DNA of 40,344 bases from Ministeria vibrans ATCC 50519. Its lineage: Eukaryota; Protista; Filasterea. The stretch is taken from assembly GCA_943704425.1 (NCBI GenBank), contig CALSCP010001793.1, forward strand, positions 1 through 40,344, in the 5' to 3' direction. The notes beneath the pieces are model-generated. The model saw nothing but the letters and a program-made list of their open reading frames with translations, made no database searches and was not told where the DNA came from. This document shows positions 1 through 13,443 of this stretch, piece by piece; positions within the stretch are counted from its first letter, which is position 1; each line of letters starts with the position of its first letter. Made by a program: the position numbers and the translations under genes.

Positions 1-44
<44 letters not shown>
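1..44. repeat. Poly-A (poly-T on the myosin sense strand), probably intronic, at the window edge
   Basis: 44 consecutive A, just downstream (sense direction) of a GTGAGT donor. Confidence 0.85.
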
Positions 45-45
<1 letters not shown>

Positions 46-51
46 ACTCAC

Positions 52-3000
52 TTGTGCTTGAGGAATCTTCGTCGGGCAATGCCGTAGCGCCAGTGACGCT
101 GGAGAACGCGAACGGGACCGGTGAGCATAATGTCGCGCGCCTGATTGAGATTGGCCATGGATTGTTTCTCGCCAAAACAAATGTGCGTGCCGGCCTTGAT
201 GGTGAATGCGTCGGCGGGAACAGCAAAAGTGTCAAGAAGCGTCTCGAGACGCTGTCGGTCGCGCTCGGCCGAACTCCGACGTGCCAGGGGCGCCTTACCG
301 TCGGACGACTCAACTGTACCGTCCGGTGCTGCTGCTGTTGATGCGTCCGTGGAAGAAGTGCGACGCACAGATGACTTTGAGCCGTCGGTGGAGGAACGAC
401 GCACGGGTGATTTTGAGCCGTGCACGCTCATGACCTTCTTGGCGGCACCCATTGCAATCCAGTAGGTGCGCAAAAAGACGCGAATGGGAGCATGGTAGGC
501 AAAGGTGGGACGAGTGAAGTGGACAAGGGGGGCAATGGAGCGAGCGCGCAGCTGACGGCCGACAATAGCGTGCTGAAAGTCACGCGGTGTTGCTGTGGCG
601 TTGGGTCGCAAACAGAGCACTATGTGAGGTGGTGTGGCGGCGCGCGAAAGTCGTTCCAGAATAAGCTTCATGCCCTTTCTGAACACCTGACTCGAGCTTG
701 CTTGAGTGATTTTGCGCGCCCCCGCAGCGCCACGAGCAAGCAACGATGACTTGCGTGACAGCGATGGTTTGGCACTATTGCTGTTGTTTGACTCTTCATT
801 GTCCTGTGCTGTCGCTGTTGGTGCGGATGCGAGTGCCTCTTCGTCAATGGGCAGACCGCCATGGGCAATGCTGCGCTTGAGCAGTTGCAAGAGATGCAGC
901 GCAAAGGGAGCGGTAGCACAGGTCTCGAGCGAGTCGATGAGGTCGGGATGAACAGTGTTGAGGTTGTCCTGCAAGAACTCGGTGGTGTTGTACGTGACAG
1001 CCCCCGCAAAGTGCTGGACAGCAAAGCGCGGTGCCTGGTTGCTGCTCTGCTCCTCCTTGCGACCCGGCAGGAACGCCGAATTGGCGGCACACTCCTTGCG
1101 TAGCTTGACCACAAGCTCACGGGGGTCCTTCAAAGCCAACTGAGTGGCTTCGTCGACAAAATAGAGCAGGCCGACAGGCGTACCAAGGATGAGCTTGAGT
1201 GCCTCTTCATTGCGTGTGATCTTCGCGTGATGCGATGAGGACGACGACAAGGATTCCCCACTCTTCGCTGCTGCCTTTGCTGATTCGGCCGCAGCGATAC
1301 CTTCGGCGCTCTCTTGGTAGGCCGATTGAGCGGGCAAGAGCACATTGTCAATGTACATTTGGTGGAGTCGCTCGTTGAACAGATTGACACAGAGCTGCTC
1401 GAGACCATTGTTGTGCAGCGTCTCAAAGCCAAAGGCGTCCAAGAGCGATACAAAGCAACTGTTGGGGTCTGCAGCGGAGTCTTTGTTGACGGGCGACTTG
1501 CACGCCTGGTTGATTTCATGGACAATCCACAAAAAGAGCTGCTCGTAGAGACCACTGACAAGGGCGTTGCGTGTCTGTCTAGCCTCCTCGACCGACAGAT
1601 GAATCACATAGCGATCGGACGCCCGGCTCACCGACTTGGCGCGCTGTGTGAGGTGTTTGGCAAGTGTGGCAGGGCGCATTCCCAGCATACGACTGGCCGC
1701 GTCGAGGTGGACACTGTCGGGAATGGACGCCTTGGATGGCGTGCGAGTGCTACCCCCGCCCGCACTCACTTTGCGTGTATTCGAGAGAGACGGTGCCAGT
1801 GCGCGTTTCTTGGCGGCATCCACACCCATGCTGACATTGCCGAGGTGCACCAGACACGCGAGCATGGAAAAAACGCTCTCTTGTTGTTCGGCGGCAATGC
1901 CAATGGCCGCCAGATGCTGCTGGAGTGCGACAAAGGGGGTGCTACCGCTGTCCTCGGCGGACGGCTGTTGTGGAGAGCGCACCGACTTTTTCAGGTCGCC
2001 TGGTTCGACGGTGGCGCCTGCATTGGAGTCACTGTCAGAAGAGTGTGTGGCAGAGTCGGACGGGAGTGCACCGGCTGCTTCAAGGGCACTGTTGAGCAGC
2101 TCAGCACGACGGCGGTTCGACGGTGACATGGTGGATGCTGATGAGGCGGTAGACGGAGTTGTGGTAGTGGGAGTGGCTGCTGCTGCGGCGGCTGCACGAC
2201 GACGGTGGGCAGATGGGGAGAGGATCATGGGCACGGGGGAGTTGCGTGAAAGTGATGAGACGCTAACGGAGTCGCCACTGCCATCGTCACGGAGGTACTC
2301 GTACTCATTGGAGTTGCGACTGAGACTGAGCGACTCGAGGAGTGCGTCGGGTGCCGAAAGAAGCGCATAAAATACGTGAAAGTTGGACGTGTCTGGCGCC
2401 GTCTCAACTGAACGGCGACGCTCGAGCATCTGCGTGGCAAGTTGAAGTGACTGAGGCAGGCCTGTCTCGGGTGACAACGACGCCTAGAGGTGAACACGCA
2501 CAAATACACACACGAGAGAGAGAGACAGAGCGAGAGAGAGAAAGAAACAAAGTGATAAAGAGAAAGAAAGAAGAGATAAGCATTGGGACACTCTGTCTCG
2601 TCCGTGGCTCTGTTTCTTCAGCTTGTTTACCGTCCAGAGGGTGCCACAACGCGTGCTGTTTGCGTTGGTCATGGTGGACGCATTGGCAAAGGCCTCAACA
2701 AGCGAGACGGCGGCAAGCCCCTTGGCGGCAAGCGCATTGACCGCAGCGGCATCGGAGGGTTCTGAGGTGGCAAGAGGGCGCAAGAGGTAGTCCATGGAGC
2801 GCCGAAATGCAAAGGTTTTGCCAGAGCCACTTTCGCCGAGAAACACAACGGCCTGACCGCCATGCTGGGACCGCATTGCCGCCATGCGAGCGTGTTCAAC
2901 CGCACGGTACACATGCGGACGCATTTGAGCCAGGTGGTCGGGCGACAGCGCTGTCTGGTAGCCGAGCGCGAGTGGGTCGTCGAACAGACCGCACAACGAC

Positions 3001-3600
3001 TGTTTGTTTATATTGATTGATCACACAAATCACAAAAAAAAANNNNNNNNNNAAAAAAAAAAGAGAAAGAACGAAACCAAAAAAAGGAAAAAAAAAGAAC
3101 GGTTAATGATGGAGAAAGGAAAGGGATATGGGAAGAGGAGAGGGGTGGAAGGGGGGGGAATGACAAGTGGGAGTACCTCGAGGGGGTTGATGGAGAGGAG
3201 GAGCGGCCCTGCGGCGCTGTAGATGGCGTTGTTCGCGTAGAGGGACGCGAGGGACTCGAGCAGAGTGAGTGTTGTTGCGTCCTTGAGCGCTCCAAGGTCG
3301 CCGGAGCTCATGACGGCGGCGGCATCGGTGCTGGAGAGTGCAGTGGAGAGTCTGTGAGAGGCGGTTGCAGGCGGAATGGCGCGGAGAGGGCGAAGCGAGA
3401 GACGATACAACGACAAGACGTCAACACAAAGTGAGCTGTTGATCGTTTTGGGTTGAAAAAAACAACGAGAAGGAAAGAGACAGGCGGGCAGGGCGGCGTG
3501 GAGGGCATTGCGAGTAGCTGAAGGGCATTGGGCAGGACAAGGGCACCGTGGCCATAGCGGAGGATGGCGAATGATGATTGGTCGTTTACCTCTCAGTCAT
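52..3600 (-). CDS. Divergent myosin heavy chain (motor domain + first IQ motif), 3'-partial. Exons 3600-3590 (tentative micro-exon; alternative start ATG at 3311), 3351-3177, 2999-2631, 2483-52
   Basis: The spliced frame contains DLGAL...IYSAAGPLLLSINP, P-loop GESGSGKT, EAFANAST, switch I NANSTRCG, NFHVFY, HLGNV, switch II DAFGFE, LEQLCVNLFNERLHQ, FAVQHFAGAVTY, LCLRPN and IQ-like LQRHWRYGIARRRF. All junctions are GT-AG and keep phase. The ORF-track stop at 48-50 overlaps a GTGAGT donor, so the gene probably continues beyond the window. Confidence 0.9.
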
Positions 3601-3911
3601 ATTCCCCCTGTTTGTGACGAGCGAGAGAGAGAGAGAGAGGGAGAGGGTGAGGGGGAAGGAAAGGGGGGGGGGAGGAAGAGAAATGAGAATGCCTGAGAAG
3701 TGAGAACTGAGTGAGAACTGAGAAGTGTCGAGTGAGTCAGTCAGACAGACTGAGAGTGACTGAGTGAAAAAACCATCATGATTATAACACTTGCTGTCTT
3801 CACTTAGATCACACACTCACTATCACACATTCTCTAACTGTTTCTCTCTCTCTCTCTCTTTCACTCCTTAGGCTCCTCCATCTGATACGTAATAAGAAAC
3901 GAACAAGAAAG

Positions 3912-6900
3912 CTAGTAGTCAAGGGCCAGCAGTAGCGCAACGCCCCGCGCCACCCAATGTTTGGAGGGAACGGGAACGCCATCGACTGCGCTGTTGAGAC
4001 GAATGGGCAGCACAAAGTTGGTTGAGTGGCCGGTCGTGCTGAGAGTTCCTCGGCGCTCAAGCGTCTTGTACACAGGACACACATAGGAGCCTGGAAGTTC
4101 CTTGAGTGGGTACTCGCTCGCCTGTGCGCCCATCACAACTGGCTCGCACCAAATCGGAGGCATCTCGGTAAACAGCTCCTTGGCATGACTCTCCACCAGC
4201 GACCCATCGGACGCACTCCACCGCGCTCCCTCCAAGAACAGTCCATTGACAATCACACCACTCTCCCTCTGCACAGGCTCCCTCCCTTCCTCCGAGAGCA
4301 CACTAAACCGGAATGCAACCGAGTCCACACTCGCTCGATGTGCCCGTGCAAACGTCTGAAGCGCCCCCGTAATGAATCCCTGAGGAAAGAAAAACCCACT
4401 GTGCACAGCGAAAGGAAAGGGAAACACAGAGGGAGAGAACGAATTTAGATTAAGAACGAGAGAAAGAACGAACACACATGGGAAAGAGAAAGTTAAGGAG
4501 ATAGAGTGTAAGAGATAAAGAGAGATAAAGTTTGAGGGAGTAATAATATAGAACAAAAAGGTAAAAAGACTCATTAATTTATGACATACCTGAGCCAGAA
4601 CACGTTTGGTACGCCCATGCGATCCCACCGGTCAATAAAGGCCAAGCGCCGCTTCAAATCACGTACATAGCCAGCCAGTGGCTTCAACGATGGATACGAC
4701 TTGGCCTGCCACTCCTTTGGCGTCTTATTGCGCGCAAACGCACTAAAGAGCGACTCGAGACGAGCGTTCATGACGGAAACGCCCTTGATGGCACTGCGCA
4801 GCGCATTACATGTCTCGTGGATCACACTGATCAGTGCGTTAAATCGAATCATTTCCTGCTGAAGCACTGTACAGAAAGAGAGAAAGTGTGTCAGTAAATA
4901 TGTCACACGTGAGTGACAGTGACAGTGAGCAGTGACTATCGGAGATGAGCGATAACTTATAAAGAATGTCGGATGAGGAGTATAATTCTCGTGTACCGGT
5001 GTTGAGTGAGTTGTCATAGGTAGTTGGGTGGCGCACTGAGACAGAGTTGAGATCAAACAGAGTAAAAGGGACACTCTGTTGAATCTCATCCAACACACCA
5101 ATGACAGTCTGTTGTTCTGTCTCGCTGAATCGGCTCTCAGAAGACGACGCAGAGGCGGAAATTTTGGCACTGAGTGAGTTGAGCAGAGCAAACGTCTCAT
5201 TGCGTGCAAAGGTAATATCGGCATTTTGGTGGAGAGAAAAAAGCGACGGAGGATCATTGAGAGGAAGTGAGCGAATGTACGACACATAGGAAGTGTTGTT
5301 GCCAGGCTAAGAGAAAGGGAGAGGAAGAAGGAGAGAAAGAAACAATGTGTGAGTTAGACTGAGAGGAGGAAAGAGCAAAGTAAGATGGAGAGAGTAAAAG
5401 AATATCTGTGCGAATAATCGAGACACGGTGTGAGACAAATTCGCACTCACTGTATACAATCCAACAAAGAATCATCGTAAGGTTTCGTACCTTTGGCTGA
5501 TAGTATTGGTCCTCTGCAAACAAATGACCCTCTTCAATCGCAGACTGACAGTAAAACTGTTCCAATAGAGTATTGACTGTGCGTCGATCCCAATCGTCAG
5601 TCACTCTGTTAACAGCACATGCAATTAATATCCCTTTTCCATCAATCGCTTGAATCTCTCTATCGTCAGTACCTTCCGCCATAATTGATCTCTCCAGCCA
5701 TATACCGCAGCACTTTGAAGGGAACCGTCTCACTTTCCTCCAAAAACATTGTCAGCTGACTCACACAAATCCTCAAATCGCCATCTGAAAAAGAAAGAAA
5801 ACAAGAAGGATCATATTTTTGCTCTTTCAATGCTGAATTTAGCGTGTCGTACCAGTGAACTCGTAAGGAATGTTAAAACCCAGCGCACCAAACTTGCGCC
5901 GTTCAATGACAATCGCGTGAAAAAAGGAGAGGGAAAAGAGTAGACGCTTAAATGTCTCAGGAGAATGCACTGCCGAGAGGGATTCGGCAGTGCGCTCGAG
6001 CGATGCATCGTCGAAATTGGCTGCGTAGGAGCGCAAAAGGTTCGCTTTGACCCCTCGCGGTGGCTCAACGGTCATCTTGACACTGTTCTGGAGCACGGAG
6101 ACGGGAAATGCGGGCGATGGGAGTGACGTGAGCCACAGACGAAAATCACGATGGGTTCGCTCAGGCGACAGTGTGTCAATTAGTCGTTCAAGAGTGCTCA
6201 TCCAACTACGTCAAAAGGGTGGGTGTACTCGTCAGCGATTGAGAGATAATAAAAAGGAGGTTAGACACCAAGAAGGTAATATTCACCGACACACACACAC
6301 ACACACACACAGCCATACCACACAACCACACACAAAAATCAATACAGACACACACAATAATTATTACTGTAACGCTTATCTCAATAGACCATAATTGTTA
6401 ATAATAATAATATTATTATTATTATAAAAATTAATAAAAATAATAATAATAATAATAATAATTATTATAATTATAATAATATAATATAATTATCATATGG
6501 TCTCTCTCACCTAATCGCCAAATGACAGTTCTGAAAGAAGCACCAGTGGCCGTGCTCAACAGCATCACGCAGCATAGCCTCTGCCTTGGGACCCTGTCCT
6601 TGACCCAGCGAGATCACTTGAAGCTTTTTGTCCATGCGCATCTCCTCTGCAAACTTCTTGAGCGCATTGGCTGGGTCCGTGCCGGGACTCAGCACAAAAA
6701 TGAGCGGGCTGGTCGGTGTGCAGTCCTTGTAGACGGCGCTCAGATCACTCGACTGCGGCTCAATGAAACGCTGGCCCAAATGCGACGCAACCCACGCCTG
6801 AAGTGCATTGGTAAGCTTGTCGGGTCGCAGTGCGCGCAGAACGAGCAGTCGCTGAAACGAGTCCGTCTGCGTGTCAAAGGGCGCCGGAAAAACGCACTTC

Positions 6901-9900
6901 TCGGGTTCGTTCGAGTCGTACACGCTCTTCCAAGCACTCGAATGGCTCACCACAGAGTCACATAGACCACGGAAGCACTGCGCATCGTCCATTGTCGCAC
7001 TAATGCTATCCAATGCTCTCAACTCACTCCAACACTGTTCACCCATCCACTTGACGGATTCCCTTGTTTGCTTCGTCTCACTCTCACTCTCACTCTTCTT
7101 CTCCTCCTCCTCCTCCTCCTCCTCCTTTTCCTTCTTCTTCTTTGTCTTCTGGTCACTCCCGCCAATAAGGGTTAGCTGTCGCCACAGCTGAGCTGAAATA
7201 CTCCGCTCTTCCATCAAAATTTGACCCGCCAACAACACGGAAAACATGAGTTTGTGCCGCTCAAAGAGTGATCGGCACACATTGGAAAAGAGCAAAAAGG
7301 TACAGTGCTCGTTGATGAGGCGAATGCGCTCCGACACATCATCGTCACATTGCTCCGCCTCACTGATACCCAACTGGAACAAACTGATAAACCAGCCGAG
7401 CGAATACTCGTACATTGGATCAATCTGTGCCAGCGACGAAATGGCGAAAAAAAGAACGCGCACTCGCACACTCACGGGAGTGTACAGTGCGCGCGTCGCG
7501 TCAATCTCCCGCTCAGTTGTGCGCGCGTGCTCCACCTTCACCTGAATTTGGTCGCTCGTCTGTTTGCTCTGCTCCAGCGTCTCAATAAGGCGCTCGTCGT
7601 CAATGGGACTGCCCTGAACACTACTGAGCAAGCATAGTATCTCATCCTCAATCGCACGCAACTGCGCTCCCATCTGCGCACTCTGGACCACCAACTGGCT
7701 CTTGGCCTCGGACAGGTCGGGCCGCTCCTGCGCCACCACCAGCGCCAGCAACTGGTCCTCAAGCCCGGCCGCACTCAGCTGGAAGTTGACCATGGTCAGC
7801 TTGACGCTCGTCTCGGGTGTGTAGTGCGGGTTGGGCAGTTTCGTCGTAACGTACAAACGAAATCCCGTGTGCCACGGCACCACCGAGTCTCCCAGCTTAA
7901 TCATCCGATTGCCCGCCTGCAAAAAGGTCTGCCGCAGCAATATCGGCTCGAGCGCTGGATCAAGCGACTCGCCGACATTCTCCAGAAGACACGGCCGGCC
8001 AAAGCGCACCGCATTCTCAAGTGAGCGCAAAAAGTCACGATCGGTCAGTTTGATCACCTCCAAGTTGTGCTCCGCCTCCATGCGCTTGATCCACTTGTTT
8101 GCCTGGCCTTGCGGGTCAATAAACAGCGGCCATCGACGCGCCGACTGTACAATGAGTGCGTTGGAGGCGGAGAGTGCGTCGCGGGGTAGTCCGTGCATCT
8201 GCCACTGGCGCAACTGCACTGCATCGCCAAAAGTGCCCTCGAGCGTTGCCTGAAGCGGATCATGTGGGACACTCAAGTTGCGCAGGTTGGCGTGCCATTC
8301 GTCGCAGAGTCGTGCGCGAAAGGGCATCGTAAACGCACCCAGGTAGGCCACAGTCGCTGCACTGACAAGCACATCACCCACCACACACCCGAGTCTCCTG
8401 TCCACATCGCGCACTGTCTCATGCCAGCGCTCCTGCTCGTCGCCCAGCGCCGCAATAAGCTTGCCGGCTCGCGTCAGCTTTAGCTCGCACTCGCCACACT
8501 TGCGCTCAAGCATCTCCTTCTTGGCCATCGATTGAGCATACTCACGCTCGAGCAGCGCCACATTCTCCTCGGTTGCCTTGAGACGTTCCTTGGCATCCGC
8601 AAGTTGACTCAGCGTGAGGTCCAGTGATGCTTTAGCCTCGCGCTCGCGCACGCGCTTTGGCTCGACGGCCAACGCCACAAAGTGGTACTTGTGCATGGCA
8701 CGCACCCACTGACAAATAGAGGTGCACGCCTTTGAGACATTCTCAATAACTTTCGGCTGGAAATCCGCCGAGTCGATGTACGGTTGAATTTTGGTGATGA
8801 CGGCAGAGGCAATGTTGTCACGGTCGTACGTAAAGAGCGACTCGAGAAATTTGGTAGGGTCGGCCAGGAGCGCCTTGCCCACGTCCCAGTAGTCGTCGAC
8901 CTTCTCGCCCACCTTGGTGCCGTCGACGCGTCGCGGTTTCACCTCCTTCATGATACACACGGCCTCCATCACCAGACGCACACCCTGCGGCGGACGCTGC
9001 ATCGCACGCAACTCAACAACATCGTCGCGCTTCAGAGACTTGAGCGACTTGAGAGCGGCGTCAAGGGCCGGCAGTGCTTGGTCCAAATCTCGCTTGGCAT
9101 CCATTGCAATCGCCTTTGTCTCGCGTGCCTTCACCAGCGCCTCTGCTTCCTCCTGTGTCACCACCACACGCGTCTCCTCCGCCACTACTTTGTCGCGACT
9201 AATCTTCTCCATGGTCGCTTCCGTCTCGCGTGCGGCCGACTCCAATTGCGGTTGCATCTCCGTGAGCTCCTCACGCAATATCGACACTTCCTCTTGTGTA
9301 CTCAGCAGCTTAGCCAGTCCCGTGGCTGTGCGAGTGCGCAGCGCTGTCAGTGTTTGCTTGCGCTGTACCAGTAGGTCTGCAAAAAGACCCAACAGCTCGA
9401 GGAAGCTTGTGGGCGTCACATGATTCTCGCGACCCGTCTCGGCAAGGTAGGCGCCCGTCTGACGCACCACCGACTGGTGCATAGCAACACACATGAGTAC
9501 AAGACGCCCACACAACGACGCGTCCACCTTAAGATCGGCGGGCAGTTCGTCGAGATAGCTCGCAGCGACACTCTCGAGCGCCTGTTCGGGCCAGTCGCAA
9601 AACCAGTCAATGGTGCACTGTGTGAGAAGTGCAGGGAACATGCGCAGACGCTCGCGGAACACATCGCCCACAGGCGACATGCATAGGGCAACATGAATGT
9701 GTGAACGAACACGTTTCGTGTAGAACGCAAACATATTCGCCTTGGTCGGCACAATGCCCGCCGCGTCAATCAGTGGCTTGATTCCCGTGAAAAGCTGCTC
9801 GAGTTCGTCGGCCGCAAACAGATTGGGGACGTCACCGCTGTTTAGAATCGAATTGAGGTCTTCGAGGAACGCCTCATGCTTGATTTGCGTGTCGCTCAGC

Positions 9901-11002
9901 AGGAACACCACCTGCTTACCCTCAAGACCTGCCTTAAGCAATACTTTCTTCAGGTCGTCGCGCCACTCGTTCATCCCATAGCTCTTGCTCAGCTCCACCT
10001 GAAAGCACTCGTAGTCGGCCATGAAAGCGGCGAGACGCGACAGCGACTGACGACCCGAACCCCCAACGCCCAACAGCAGAGCATTGCCCATGGGTTGGCG
10101 AATAATGCGCGAGATGCGCGTCACATGCTCAACGGCGTCAAGGAATAGCGTGAGACGCATGGGCGAACGAGCGGTGGCATTGAAGTCATCAAGATACTCC
10201 TCCATTGCACGCACCACCTTGGCCATGTCGGGCAACGGCTCGTACACCCTTGAGTCCACGTCGGGTTGCAAAAAGTCACCATAGAGCAATGACAAGGACA
10301 AGGGCGACGACGACGAACCTCCATGGAGCTGAATCGCTTCGTCGGGAAATTCACGTTGGGTCTCCTCGGCAAGGACACGCGAGAAGAAGGAACGATCAGC
10401 GTCGTCGACGAGACGATCGCAAAACACACGATTGCATTCGTGCGACCAAAGGCGCAAGAGAGACAGACGGTCCGTCTGCTGAGCCGGATCGGCCATGAGA
10501 ATGCCTTGAAACACACGACTGAGACCGCGCACGTTGAATGTGTAGTGCGAGCGCGATGGGGTCGGCAAGAGCGCCTGCGAAATGCGATTGTACACGCGAA
10601 TGGTCGCATCCACAACCTTTTGCGAGAGTGCATCGTCAAAACGAAGTGCCTCGGACGCCAGCGTGAAACTGTCCAGAACCGTCGTAAAGATGCGCGCCTT
10701 GCTCTCGTCCAGCATGTCCGTGAACGAGAGCACATTGAAGTGACGTGTCATGCGCTTGGTGACTGGGTTGCGTCCGCCACCCGGTGGACCCATGGCACAC
10801 ACCACGTTCACATCGACAAGTTGGTGGAACTGCCCAATGTTCTTGCGACTATACCAACCACTACAAAAAAAACCAATAATAATTAAATATTATTATACAT
10901 ATTTTTTGAAATTGAGTACAGCTCTCGATTCTCTATTTATTTTTCTTATTATTATAATATTATTGTCTCATTTCGTTGGTCAAATCTTCGTCGTTTGTTT
11001 TG

Positions 11003-11093
<91 letters not shown>

Positions 11094-13337
11094 CTTTTTT
11101 TGTTACCCTTGATCAAGGTACTGACGCAAGAGCTCAATGGGCGGCTGAGCACCATACTCCTCAAGCGCGGGCATGTTGAGATCGTCGACAAAGAAAACGT
11201 ACTTCTTGCCAAGCATGGGACCAAAGACACCCTTGCGACGACGCTCAAGCTTAGCATCAATAATGTCCTGTGTCTGATTGGCACTCGTGCGCGCGCTAAA
11301 GTTGATAGTGTGCGAGAGAAAATGGTCGGGCATGCGACGCAGTAGTTTGTCGGTGACACTGAGGGTTTTGCCGGTGCCCGTGGGGCCCACACAGAGCACA
11401 CGTTGGTTGTTGCGCAGCAGCAAGTCGAGGAGTGCCTCGTAGCGCACCGTGTCCATGGTGGGCACGAGAATGTCATTGTACGGCGTGCCGTGCGCAATCG
11501 AGTAGTCTGGCACGCCCTCCATCCACGGACGCCACGTGCCCTCTTCAAACTTGTAGTCGTAGACGAGACCCTCCGAAGGAAAGTGCACGGCAGCGTCCGA
11601 CGCGGCACTTGTGTGCTCACGCATTGCGCCACGAAGGTACTCGTCAAAGCGCACACGACCTGCAAGATCGCACGAGCCACCGACACTCCAAACGAGCGCG
11701 AAAAAAAACCACTGGTCGTGAAAGAGCCCCGACTCGCGGTCGGGCGTAGCAACAAGACAGTCTAGCAGACGCATTAGGCTGAAGCAGAGGTTGGAGTCGA
11801 CTGTCGCAACGGGCTCGGTGAGTGGAGTCGAGCGCACAAATGCAATAGACGGCGTAAGAAACTCATCAAAAAGAGTCTTCAGACGCTCCTGCACACGCTC
11901 CTCTTGAAGGTCTTCGGGCAGTGTCTTCATCCAACAGGTGACAAAGGGAGCAAGACCCAAAATACCCGGCTCAAGGTAGATCATACCACAGCGACTGACA
12001 GTGGCAGGTGACGCCACAGCAAGATCCTCCACTTCAAAGAGCATTCTCATATTGTCGGTGAGCTTGATGATCTCGCCCGAAGCCAAGCAGAGTTTCTTGT
12101 TGTCGTCAAGCACAGTGTTCATGTTCTCAATCCACAGAGCGTCCACAGGCGCATCAAGCACAAAGTAAATGAAACCCGGATGGGAGTCGGCTGCGGAGCA
12201 AGCGGTGCGCACCAGATGTGACAGAATCCCATCGGTCCACTCGTGAGTCACTGGATCAAACTCACCGTAGAGCTAAGAGAAAAACAAAGAGTGAAGATGA
12301 ATGAAAAGAGAGAGAGAAAAAAAGATGCAAATGAACTTGAGTGAGTCGGCGTGGGACTCTTGTTTTTCGTTTGAGTGTTACTTGGCCCATTGTCACAGCT
12401 TTAGGATTGAGTGTGTGGCTTATGGCAGACGACTGAGGATCTGACTCGCGCTGAGCCCGCACCTTGAGCGCATGCTCAAGCACTTGGAAGCACTTTGACT
12501 TGCCACTGCCAGTGGGTCCCACCAACATCATTCCATGGCGCACCTACACAACAAAATTGATGAAATATCAATCATTCATTGCGGTATGTTCCTTTCATGT
12601 TTCAATGTACCACTGTCGTTTCGTAGAGCTGAATGCACTTTGCAACAAACGCATTGACTGGTTCAAGTTGAAAGTGTAGACACGACTCATGAATGGTCGA
12701 TTCCAGTGAGCCATAGTCCACAGTGACAGGAGGCACATCAGGGAACAAATCACTAATGATCCCTAAAAAATAAAATAAACAAACATGCACATCATCAAAT
12801 AATAATATTATTATTATTATTATAATTAATATTATAATAAATAATAATTATTATTATTAATAATTATTATGATTGTCAAATTGTACAGATGGGTTTAGAT
12901 GTGTACCTTGGAAAAGCACCAAATCGTCTTTGAGGAACTTGGGCACATTGACATCGCGCAGTGCTCGCAACAGAATGAGATCTTCGCGCATCGCTGGGAA
13001 GTCTCGCTTGAGATTCCCCGCCGCGCTAATGACTGTCTTGACTGCGCGCATTCCAAAGTCATAATGGTCTTGACTAAAACAGTTGTTTTGAGTGCATGAG
13101 TAACTTTATTATGATTTGCACAATTGCTTTTTTTTTGGGTACCTGCTAAGCTGTTCACTGCTCAGTTTGAAGGTGGCGACAATCTTTCCGGAGAGCAGTG
13201 AAGCCTCACTAAAGCCAAAAGAGAAAAGCATGATCTCCGCAATCATTCCATAGTCAGGAACCATCATCGCGACGGGACGGAAAAGGGCCTTGAGATTGTC
13301 TGTGACGAAAGAGACAGAGGGAACGAGGAACATGTAA

Positions 13338-13385
<48 letters not shown>

Positions 13386-13393
13386 NNNNNNNC

Positions 13394-13443
<50 letters not shown>

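Noticed and set aside
48-50. TGA stop ending the myosin right after one IQ motif (tailless myosin)
   Set aside because: It overlaps a perfect GTGAGT donor followed by a poly-T tract, so it is more likely intronic. This cannot be resolved at the window edge.
3695-3770. Degenerate GAGT/GACT repeats containing TGAGTCA (AP-1/GCN4-like) upstream of the myosin
   Set aside because: A low-complexity tract in which the motif arises easily by chance.
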